From Candidatus Nomurabacteria bacterium RIFCSPHIGHO2_02_FULL_38_15 (GTDB taxonomy: Bacteria; Patescibacteriota; Minisyncoccia; Phycocordibacterales; UBA9973): DNA of 35,163 nt. The notes under the pieces were generated by a model that was not told the origin of the DNA, did not search any database, and saw only the letters and a program-made list of their open reading frames with translations. Made by a program: the position numbers and the translations under genes. Below are positions 19,328 through 26,934 of the stretch, one piece after another (the stretch's first letter is position 1; each line of letters starts with the position of its first letter). The stretch is taken from assembly GCA_001785575.1 (NCBI GenBank), contig MFUC01000006.1:1-35163 (forward strand). Direction: 5' to 3'.

Positions 19328-19633
19328 ATGTTTAACATTGCCTATGCTGAAACAGACTCAGTTGTAAATGCAATTTTTGCCAAAGTTGTTGATCCAGTAA
19401 TAAACTTTTTGTTTATCCTAGCCTTCCTATACTTTATTTATGGCATTGTTGTGTTTATTCAAAATGCTAACAACGAGGAAGCCCGTGCAAAAGGCAAACA
19501 GCATATGGTATGGGGGATTGTGGGCCTACTAATAATGTTTAGCGCCTTTACCATAATGCAAATTATTGTAAATACGCTTGACCTGGAATCGCCACCCAAT
19601 GGCCCAAATTACCGCCAAATTGACCAAAATTAA
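19328..19633 (+). CDS. VirB2/T4SS-pilin-like protein 5
   Basis: Minimal leader MFNIAYA, YFIYGIVVFI.NA..EEAR.KGKQHMVWGIVGL. Confidence 0.8.
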   Translation: MFNIAYAETDSVVNAIFAKVVDPVINFLFILAFLYFIYGIVVFIQNANNEEARAKGKQHMVWGIVGLLIMFSAFTIMQIIVNTLDLESPPNGPNYRQIDQN

Positions 19634-19648
19634 ATTCGTGTAAAATAA

Positions 19649-19676
19649 AAAAGCCCCCACCTAAATGGGGGCTTTT
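19649..19676. terminator. Bidirectional intrinsic terminator
   Basis: AAAAGCCCCCA-cctaaa-TGGGGGCTTTT. Confidence 0.8.
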
Positions 19677-19688
19677 GGCAAGTGTTTG

Positions 19689-20393
19689 TTAAAAGACTCG
19701 CCATTCTCTTACTGTAGCTTCTCCTCTGACCTCTTCAAAAAGTACTCTACTCCCAACTCTGGCTCTTTCTGGGTCACCTTTTATTATTTGGTCTGTTTGA
19801 ATACCAAGCGAATCAGTGGTGAGCTTTTTCTCAAAACCATTGCCCCTAATCGAGACTTCTGAGTTTGGTTCAAGCATAACCCTAAATCTACCACCATCTA
19901 AAACGGTTGTTATAAAAACTCCGTTAATTTGGGTTTCAGTTGTGTCAGGCACTTGAGGTTTACTTTTGTCCATCAAACCTGATGCTGGTGGGTCTTTGGA
20001 CACAACGGGATTATTTTTGAACTCAAGGTATGTTACAAAAATTGGTATTATTACAAGAAGTATGTAATACCAACTTGAACTAACAAACCTCAAGAAATTT
20101 AAAATTACAGCTGTTGCTATTGCGACCAAGCTTATCCAAAATGCGAATGAGCCCATCCAAACATTCCATATGCCATCAAGGTGATACCTTACAATCATGT
20201 GAATCAAAATGATTGCAACAATTGGGCCAATTAGAAACAGCAAACTATTCCTGTTTCTGGCCATCCAATTTGGGTTGTTTGTGTTTCTGTTCTGTGGCGT
20301 TGTACCTGTACCTGAAAGGGACCACGCTGCTATAAATAGTGATATTATCACAATTACCAGCAGTACTATTATTACTATTGTTGTTGTTTCCAT
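19689..20393 (-). CDS. Hypothetical multi-pass membrane protein with soluble C-terminus
   Basis: About 4 hydrophobic helices; own promoter TTGACT (20449-20444), 17 bp, TATAGT (20426-20421). Confidence 0.75.
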   Translation of the reverse strand: METTTIVIIVLLVIVIISLFIAAWSLSGTGTTPQNRNTNNPNWMARNRNSLLFLIGPIVAIILIHMIVRYHLDGIWNVWMGSFAFWISLVAIATAVILNFLRFVSSSWYYILLVIIPIFVTYLEFKNNPVVSKDPPASGLMDKSKPQVPDTTETQINGVFITTVLDGGRFRVMLEPNSEVSIRGNGFEKKLTTDSLGIQTDQIIKGDPERARVGSRVLFEEVRGEATVREWRVF

Positions 20394-20451
20394 AAAATGT
20401 ACAATTAATTAACTTTGCTAACTATAGCATATACAAACATAAAAGTCAAAT

Positions 20452-20478
20452 AAAAAGCCCCTACCTTAAAGTAGGGGC
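20452..20478 (-). terminator. Intrinsic terminator
   Basis: AAAAA-GCCCCTAC-cttaaa-GTAGGGGC. Confidence 0.75.
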
Positions 20479-20494
20479 AAAATCGCTAATTAAT

Positions 20495-22036
20495 CTAAGG
20501 CTTTTTTGGTTTTTTAGCCTCAACTTTACTTTTTAGGTGTTCGTCAACATTCAATATCATTGACGCATCACCACCCAGTGAAAGCAACTCGCTTTCTTTC
20601 AACTGTTCGGATATATACATACTATGGCCGTTATTCTCAGCAACAGCCTTGTATTTTTCTCTTATAACTGCGGTCTCAGCTTTGCCGATGTTTTCTTTCG
20701 CGGTAGATTCTGCGACAGATTTTGAAGTTATTCTTCGATTTTCTCCATCTTGCTGAACATCCAACTTTTCTTGTCTCACAACCTCAGCCTTTTTTAGGTA
20801 TACTTCTTTTTGCTCCTCCAATTGGATTTCTTTCATTGCTGCATTCTCAGCACTTTCAAAAAGTACTATTTCTACATCAATGATTGCAACTCCCACAGTA
20901 TAAACAAGGTGAATATCGTTTGCCGAATCCTTAGGAACAAACTGATCATCTTCAAATCTATGCCCAGATAATTCAATCAGCTTATTGTAAATCGAATCAC
21001 TTTCCAAGTCCTTGTACTGAGCTTCGCTGTTTAGACTTGTAAAATCTTTTGAAGCAACATAGTCACGACAAATGGATTCTATTTCTGCCTTAGCTTTTAC
21101 CAACCAATTACCGGGACTGTCATTTTTGAACAATTGTTTTTTAGGGAATATGGAGTGAAATGTAATTACAAAACCATAGTTAACCCTTTCTAACCCCTTT
21201 GTTTCAAGGTCTCTTACTGTGACATACTGTTGTTGGCGTATTCGTAAGCCATAAACCAACTCTTCTCGAAGGATCGGGTCAATATTGTTTGGATCTTTTA
21301 TTTTAGTCCATTCCCAGTTGTAAGTGAAGATTCTTCTAATGGGTGGAATTCCAACCCAGTAAAGTCCTCCAAAATAGGTCGGCATTGAGTTCTTACCTTT
21401 AACAAGTATTCCGTCTATTTCATTTTCGTTACTTGCTTTGTTTACGTAATAACCCCTAGGCGTTAATGTTTTAATAAGTTGATTACTTTGGTCAACAACA
21501 AATTTTATATCATTTTCACCAACACCTGTGAACCAAAGAGTTCTAAACTGAGCATTCAAACCAAAAACTTTGGATAGTGCCAAGTAAAGAGGCCAATACA
21601 TAACAGACCACAAGGCAAGTATGGTTATACCAGCCAATATGTTATCAGTAATCGAAATTAGTAAACCTAACACAAAACCTAATACGAAGTAAAAGGTCTT
21701 TAAGATTATTTTTGTCACAGATACTTGTTCTATAGAAGATTTTTCCCTCCAATTTTTCAAAAACTTCTTGAACCATGACTCTTTTTTAGGTCTTGGATTT
21801 GATGGTTGAGGGTTAAGAATTGGCATAAGTTCCTCAAAATGAGCAAATTCCGCTTCTTCTTTTTCGATAGGTTTTCCTGAAAATAAGTCTATTAGACCCA
21901 ATATCAGGAATATAGTTACGATAAATATAACCGCAACTACTAGGGCAAGCGAGGGTTTGTTAAGTACAACCCATGCTATAACTAGCAATGGCAAAAATAT
22001 GCACATCACCACAGAATCATTCTTATTCTTTTTCAT
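20495..22036 (-). CDS. Divergent SPFH/band-7-like membrane protein
   Basis: Four N-terminal TMs, GLYWVGIPP, LETK, VGVAIIDVEI, Ala/Glu-rich C-terminal coiled coil; family call tentative. Confidence 0.6.
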   Translation of the reverse strand: MKKNKNDSVVMCIFLPLLVIAWVVLNKPSLALVVAVIFIVTIFLILGLIDLFSGKPIEKEEAEFAHFEELMPILNPQPSNPRPKKESWFKKFLKNWREKSSIEQVSVTKIILKTFYFVLGFVLGLLISITDNILAGITILALWSVMYWPLYLALSKVFGLNAQFRTLWFTGVGENDIKFVVDQSNQLIKTLTPRGYYVNKASNENEIDGILVKGKNSMPTYFGGLYWVGIPPIRRIFTYNWEWTKIKDPNNIDPILREELVYGLRIRQQQYVTVRDLETKGLERVNYGFVITFHSIFPKKQLFKNDSPGNWLVKAKAEIESICRDYVASKDFTSLNSEAQYKDLESDSIYNKLIELSGHRFEDDQFVPKDSANDIHLVYTVGVAIIDVEIVLFESAENAAMKEIQLEEQKEVYLKKAEVVRQEKLDVQQDGENRRITSKSVAESTAKENIGKAETAVIREKYKAVAENNGHSMYISEQLKESELLSLGGDASMILNVDEHLKSKVEAKKPKKP

Positions 22037-22122
22037 AATTTTTTAAGGTTCTATTTCAGCCCATACTATAGCACGAAAGGGTAGTAAAAGTCAAGCCCAA
22101 AAAAGTTCTTAAGTTTATGCTG

Positions 22123-22195
22123 TCCACCCGGTTGGATTCGAACCAACGACCCTCCGCTTAAGAGGCGGGTGCTCTACCAACTGAGCTACGGGTGG
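22123..22195 (-). tRNA. tRNA-Lys(CTT)
   Basis: Cloverleaf CCACCCG/CGGGTGG, TAGCTCAGTTGGTAGAGC, loop CT-CTT-AA, GGTTCGAATCC. Confidence 0.93.
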
Positions 22196-22320
22196 ATATT
22201 TAAATAAAGGTTCTTAACCAGTCTTAGGATTATAGATTAAAAACTCTAAAATTTCAACACCTATTGAAAAAATTTTATTTTCGTGTAGACTGTTATGATA
22301 ATAGTTAAATAATAAAATAT

Positions 22321-22402
22321 GCCCAGGTGGCGAAATTGGTAGACGCACTGCTCTTAGGAAGCAGCGAGGTGACTCATGAAGGTTCAAGTCCTTTCCTGGG
22401 CA
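22321..22402 (+). tRNA. tRNA-Leu(TAG)
   Basis: GCCCAGG/CCTGGGC, CTGCT-CTTAGGA-AGCAG, long variable arm, GGTTCAAGTCC. Confidence 0.95.
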
Positions 22403-22415
22403 CAAAGGTTATACG

Positions 22416-23057
22416 CTAACCATGTGCTAGAATTTTGTTAGCAATAACTCTTTTTCTACTTAGAGCAATGCTATTTCTTGTGTATAGTATGGGTAGTATT
22501 TTTATTGCATCATACTTACCGAAAACAAGCGTGTACACAGAAGATTTCTTGGGTTTATGAATTGATCCACCACTTATCTTGTAAAGCTTACTTACTTGAG
22601 AAAGTATCCAAACAAGAAAGTTTTTACTAGCAGAAGATAACCTGAGTTTATATTGAGGTTGCTTACTTTGTGAATGTTTAAAAATCGAAATGCAACCATC
22701 ACCATCTATACAGCCTCTTAAAAAATCTTTGAAGTATTTTTCAGGTATCTTTAACACATCAATAGTTTTTGACTTATTTGTAGTTAAGCCAATACTTACT
22801 AAAAATTCAAAAAAGTTCACATCGCTAAATTGTAATACAAAATATTTTTTATCATGTTCTCCACCACGTGCTTTTTTAGAATATTTCATTTCTATTTTTA
22901 AACCTATTGCGCAGTTACTAATCATTTCTAGATCTTTAGACGTGATAACTACATGCCTTTGGTCGGGTGACAAATTACCATCAGTCGCAATAACGCCTAT
23001 TGTATAAGCAAAATTAGAATTCCACTTTGTTTGAACCTTTGATTTTCTGTGGGCCAT
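22416..23057 (-). CDS. Free-standing two-motif LAGLIDADG homing endonuclease-like protein
   Basis: AYTIGVIATDG and DFLRGCIDGDG motifs, SASKNFL, LSRKR. Confidence 0.9.
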   Translation of the reverse strand: MAHRKSKVQTKWNSNFAYTIGVIATDGNLSPDQRHVVITSKDLEMISNCAIGLKIEMKYSKKARGGEHDKKYFVLQFSDVNFFEFLVSIGLTTNKSKTIDVLKIPEKYFKDFLRGCIDGDGCISIFKHSQSKQPQYKLRLSSASKNFLVWILSQVSKLYKISGGSIHKPKKSSVYTLVFGKYDAIKILPILYTRNSIALSRKRVIANKILAHG

Positions 23058-23142
23058 ATGTTTATTATACTATGACATATAGCGTTTACCAAATATCTTT
23101 TGTGGATTTAAGCTAATAAAAATAGTATACTTGTTATTACAA

Positions 23143-23214
23143 GGTCTAGTCGCCAAGTGGTAAGGCAAGAGTCTGCAAAACTCTTATACGGCGGTTCGAT
23201 TCCGCCCTAGACCT
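23143..23214 (+). tRNA. tRNA-Cys(GCA)
   Basis: GGTCTAG/CTAGACC, AGAGT-CTGCAAA-ACTCT, U73. Confidence 0.95.
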
Positions 23215-23264
23215 CAAAAATTTTATTGAAACGATGTTAATTTTATGATATATTTCAACAACAA

Positions 23265-23348
23265 GGGCCAGTGGCGAAATCGGTATACGCGCGACACTTA
23301 AAATGTCGTTCCATTATTGGGGTGCGGGTTCAAGTCCCGCCTGGCCCA
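23265..23348 (+). tRNA. tRNA-Leu(TAA)
   Basis: GGGCCAG/CTGGCCC, CGACA-CTTAAAA-TGTCG, long variable arm. Confidence 0.95.
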
Positions 23349-23355
23349 CAAAAAC

Positions 23356-23385
23356 AAAAAACACCTTATGATAAAGTGTTTTTTG
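23356..23385. terminator. Bidirectional terminator between tRNA-Leu and rbfA
   Basis: AAAAAACAC...GTGTTTTTT. Confidence 0.55.
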
Positions 23386-23386
23386 T

Positions 23387-23722
23387 TTACTTTTTTTCAT
23401 CAGCGCGTAATAAGTCATTAATATGTCTAAAGTTTTTCTCGCCATCATCAACCATTACATCAAGGTAGGGTATAGTATGAGTTTTAATGCGCGATTCGCA
23501 AAATTCACGAATACCAGTTAGGCTGCGTTTTAAAAATCCAAAGGCCGCATTTTCCTTGTCTTCAGGTATGCAGGTATAGTAAATCATTGCCCGGCGACCT
23601 TTTTCATCCAGCACTACACGAGTAATTGTAATAATAGACGTTGTGCCGCCTTCACGTGCCACATATAAACCCGCCGCTTCGCGAATGGCTTCCTCTATTC
23701 TGTTATGCTTGATATTGTTCAT
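23387..23722 (-). CDS. rbfA: Ribosome-binding factor A
   Basis: ITITRV, A.IY, IPYL...DDG; directly downstream of infB. Confidence 0.88.
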   Translation of the reverse strand: MNNIKHNRIEEAIREAAGLYVAREGGTTSIITITRVVLDEKGRRAMIYYTCIPEDKENAAFGFLKRSLTGIREFCESRIKTHTIPYLDVMVDDGEKNFRHINDLLRADEKK

Positions 23723-25242
23723 TATTTTACAACTATTTTAAAAGCTTCTAAATAATCACCAGGGGCGATTTCGGTTTTTGATTCAACTGTCAGGCCACAT
23801 TCGTTGCCCTCGCCTAACTCTTTAATTTTAATTTTTTGACTTTGAATTTCAATAATTTTTCCAACACCAATTTCGTTCTCACGGCGCAATATCTTAACCA
23901 AACTACCTGAAATAATCACACCCTCATCAATGCGCCCACCAATAACTTGCTTGTCTTTGGTTTTACTAAAAAACTTCAAGACTTTTATTTTACCAATTGA
24001 TTCATGTACTTCTTGGCGGGGGCGTAGGGTTTCGATATATTCATCTAACCATTCGGTTAGTTTATAAATAATATTAAAAATTTCAACCCGCACACCCACC
24101 TGCACCTGCTCGTTAATGTCGCGAGCAATGTTACCAATTTTTACATTAAAACCAACAATAATAGCTTCTTTGTCGCCACTGGCTAATTTAATATCACCCT
24201 CGTTAATATCGCCCACACCAACTGAAATAATTTTATAGCTAATACATTCCTTTTTGATTTTACCAATTTCACGAACTATAGCCTCGGCAGTGCCAGCCAC
24301 ATCAGTTTTAATAATGATGGGTATAATTTTATCACCCTCGGGGCAAGTATTATTATCCAGTACACTTTTATTTTGCTCTTGATTATTTTCAACGCATAAA
24401 CCCTCGGCTTCTTTTTTAGTTTTTGTTGTTTGGAATAAGTCTCCAACATTTGGCACGTTGCTAAAGCCGGTCAAGGTTATGGGTTGCGATGGGCCGGCCA
24501 TGTCAATGCTTTTACCAAAGTAATTTTCAAGCATACGAGTCGTCGCAAAGCTTTGACCAGTGGCTATAAATTCACCCTTTTTAACTACGCCGTCTAAAAT
24601 TACCAATGTGGCTTTAGCACCGGTCTTGGCATCAATATGTGACTCTATCACAATGCCTGTGGCCAGATTTGTGTAATCACCCTTCAGTTCGGTAATATCA
24701 GCCACTAATAAAACAGTTTCTAGTAATTCATCAATGCCTGTGCCCTTCAGGCTGGAAATTGGTACAAAGGGCACGTCGCCACCCAGGCCTTCCAAGTATA
24801 CTTCGTGTTCAAGTAATTCGTATTTAACTTTTTCAACATTGGCGTTGGGCTTGTCTATTTTATTAATCGCCACTATGTAGGGCATATGGCTTTTTTTAAT
24901 CAGCTCAATAACTTCTTTGGTTTGGGCCTTGATACCATCCTCGGCCGAAATAACTAAAATCGCAATATCGGCCACGGTTGCACCCCGCGAACGCATACCG
25001 GTAAAAGCCTCGTGACCAGGAGTGTCCAAGAAAGTAATTTTGCGCATCTTGCCATCCTTGTCGGTATGCTCTACTTCATAGGCCGAAAGGTGTTGAGTAA
25101 TGCCACCAGCTTCGCGGTCAACGATATTGGTTTTGCGAATGTAATCAAGTAAAGTTGATTTGCCATGATCAACGTGACCCATAACTACAACAATGGGGGG
25201 GCGTTCGCGCAAATCGGTGCCGGCAGTTTTTTTAGCGTTCAT
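23722..25242 (-). CDS. infB: Translation initiation factor IF-2 (short form without N-terminal domain)
   Basis: RPPIVVVMGHVDHGKSTLLD, GGITQH, DTPGHEAF, NKID, G.ECG. Confidence 0.98.
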   Translation of the reverse strand: MNAKKTAGTDLRERPPIVVVMGHVDHGKSTLLDYIRKTNIVDREAGGITQHLSAYEVEHTDKDGKMRKITFLDTPGHEAFTGMRSRGATVADIAILVISAEDGIKAQTKEVIELIKKSHMPYIVAINKIDKPNANVEKVKYELLEHEVYLEGLGGDVPFVPISSLKGTGIDELLETVLLVADITELKGDYTNLATGIVIESHIDAKTGAKATLVILDGVVKKGEFIATGQSFATTRMLENYFGKSIDMAGPSQPITLTGFSNVPNVGDLFQTTKTKKEAEGLCVENNQEQNKSVLDNNTCPEGDKIIPIIIKTDVAGTAEAIVREIGKIKKECISYKIISVGVGDINEGDIKLASGDKEAIIVGFNVKIGNIARDINEQVQVGVRVEIFNIIYKLTEWLDEYIETLRPRQEVHESIGKIKVLKFFSKTKDKQVIGGRIDEGVIISGSLVKILRRENEIGVGKIIEIQSQKIKIKELGEGNECGLTVESKTEIAPGDYLEAFKIVVK

Positions 25243-25678
25243 TAAGTAATTCTTTTTCTTCGTCTGATAATTCTTGCTCGGTCGACCAATTGTTTACAGG
25301 TTTGGCAAAAACTGAAGTTTTTTCGCGTGCGTAAAGTGTAGAAACAATTACGCCATTGCCATTTTCGTCAAGCAATCGGGTTGTAAAGCTTTGGTTACCC
25401 GATACATCACCCCAAGCATTAAACCTGATGGTTTTGGGTGTGGTTATACTTTTTTTAATTCTGTTTTCGTGGTCGCTTAAAACTTTTTTATTTTGATCAA
25501 AATTTTCGTATAAATCCTCAATGGCTACACGATAGGCAGTTAATATTTCGTCAATACTTTTAGGTTGACCACCCTTGAAAAGCTTTTTTAAACGCACATA
25601 TAAAATTAAGTGCAGTATTAATGTTAGAACTGCTACTGTGCCAATAGCTATAATTATAATAAGTTCTGTCCCCAACAT
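25232..25678 (-). CDS. DUF4446-like membrane-anchored protein
   Basis: N-terminal TM, RFNAW...GNQSF..LLD..GNGVIVSTLYARE...FAKP....LS.EE. Confidence 0.75.
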   Translation of the reverse strand: MLGTELIIIIAIGTVAVLTLILHLILYVRLKKLFKGGQPKSIDEILTAYRVAIEDLYENFDQNKKVLSDHENRIKKSITTPKTIRFNAWGDVSGNQSFTTRLLDENGNGVIVSTLYAREKTSVFAKPVNNWSTEQELSDEEKELLNER

Positions 25679-25737
25679 AATTGTTAGTCTACCACATTTT
25701 TGTTGTCTTTTCAATGTTTTTTTGCTTAAATCAAGCT

Positions 25738-26931
25738 ATGGGATTTATAAACAAGTTTAAGGCTAAATTCAAGCGCCAAGTCTATGCTGATAATGCTTCG
25801 TGCACCAAGCCTGATAAGTCAGTTTTAAAGGTGATACGCGAGGCTGAAAATTTATTTGCCAACCCAGGTAGTTTGCATCGCCCGGGCGTTTTAGCGCGTC
25901 AAAAAATAGAATATTCACGGTCAATTGTGGCGGGCTTTATTGGGGCGCACAGCGATGAAGTAATTTTTACCACTAGTGGTACCGAGAGCGATAGCTTGGC
26001 TATTTTAGGCGTGATTGAAGAGGCTACAATTTTTGGTATAGAAATTCCACATATTATTATTTGCGAAATAGAGCATTCGGCCATTTTGGATTTGGTTAAA
26101 AAGTTGGAGCAAAAAAATAAAATAAAAGTTAGTTATTTAAAAGTAGATGAAAATGGCTTGATAAATCCAAAAGAACTTTTTGGGCTTATCAATACCGAGA
26201 CAGTCTTAATTTCAGTACATTTAGTTAATAACGAAATTGGTACATTAGAGCCAGTTAAAGAAATTGCCAAAATTGTCAGGCAATATAAAAAATTAAAAAA
26301 CCAAACAACTTATCCATTGGTGCACACTGATGCTGCCCAAGCTACTGCCTACATATCAATCAATATTAACCAACTAGGTGTTGACTTATTATCGTTTAAC
26401 GGCCAAAAAATGTATGGGCCCAAGGGTGTTGGTGTATTATTTGTTAAACGCAACACACCAATTAAAATAGCTTTTAGGGGGACTGAGGCTTTACCGCAAA
26501 TTGCGGGATTGGCCCAAGCTTGCAAAATTACAAAATTACATCAACAAAAAGATTTTGATAATTTAACTAATTTGCGCGAATATTTTATCGAAAAATTAGA
26601 AACAGAGTTTAAAAATATTTGCAGTGTGCATTTGTATGCTAAAAATGTTTTAGTCAGTCCACATATTCTAAATGTAACTTTTAAAAATATTGCCAGTGAA
26701 ACTTTAATTTTATATTTAGATGCACGGGGCATTTACGTAACTGGCAAAAGTGCTTGCAAGTCGGGTGAGCCAGGCGAATCACACGTGCTTGAGGCCTTAA
26801 AACGTGCTAAAATGAATGAATACAAGGAGGGCAGTGTTAGATTTTCATTCGGTCGAGAAACTAAAAAATCTGATGTTGACTATATAATTAAAAGTCTAAA
26901 AGAAATTTTTAAAATCTTAAATATTAATTAA
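25738..26931 (+). CDS. iscS: Cysteine desulfurase (IscS/NifS group I)
   Basis: NPGSLH, FTTSGTES, VNNEIG, HTDAAQ, QKMYGPKG (PLP Lys), SAC (catalytic Cys), VRFSFG. Confidence 0.9.
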   Translation: MGFINKFKAKFKRQVYADNASCTKPDKSVLKVIREAENLFANPGSLHRPGVLARQKIEYSRSIVAGFIGAHSDEVIFTTSGTESDSLAILGVIEEATIFGIEIPHIIICEIEHSAILDLVKKLEQKNKIKVSYLKVDENGLINPKELFGLINTETVLISVHLVNNEIGTLEPVKEIAKIVRQYKKLKNQTTYPLVHTDAAQATAYISININQLGVDLLSFNGQKMYGPKGVGVLFVKRNTPIKIAFRGTEALPQIAGLAQACKITKLHQQKDFDNLTNLREYFIEKLETEFKNICSVHLYAKNVLVSPHILNVTFKNIASETLILYLDARGIYVTGKSACKSGEPGESHVLEALKRAKMNEYKEGSVRFSFGRETKKSDVDYIIKSLKEIFKILNIN

Positions 26932-26934
26932 ATT

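Noticed and set aside
17577..19633. Type IV pilins or a diversity-generating retroelement target array
   Set aside because: No G/FTLxE prepilin motif, no reverse transcriptase, and no TR/VR pair differing at adenines
22214..22405. Small ORFs overlapping tRNAs (also 23271-23468 and 30683-30922)
   Set aside because: Spurious translations of tRNA genes
22416..23057. LAGLIDADG as part of a tRNA intron or intein
   Set aside because: Flanking tRNAs are complete, the gene is antisense to its two neighbours, and no intron core or intein splice motifs are visible
23722..25242. Short IF2, and Cys-free L33 at 30417-30578, as novelties
   Set aside because: Both variants are already known in reduced genomes and other bacteria
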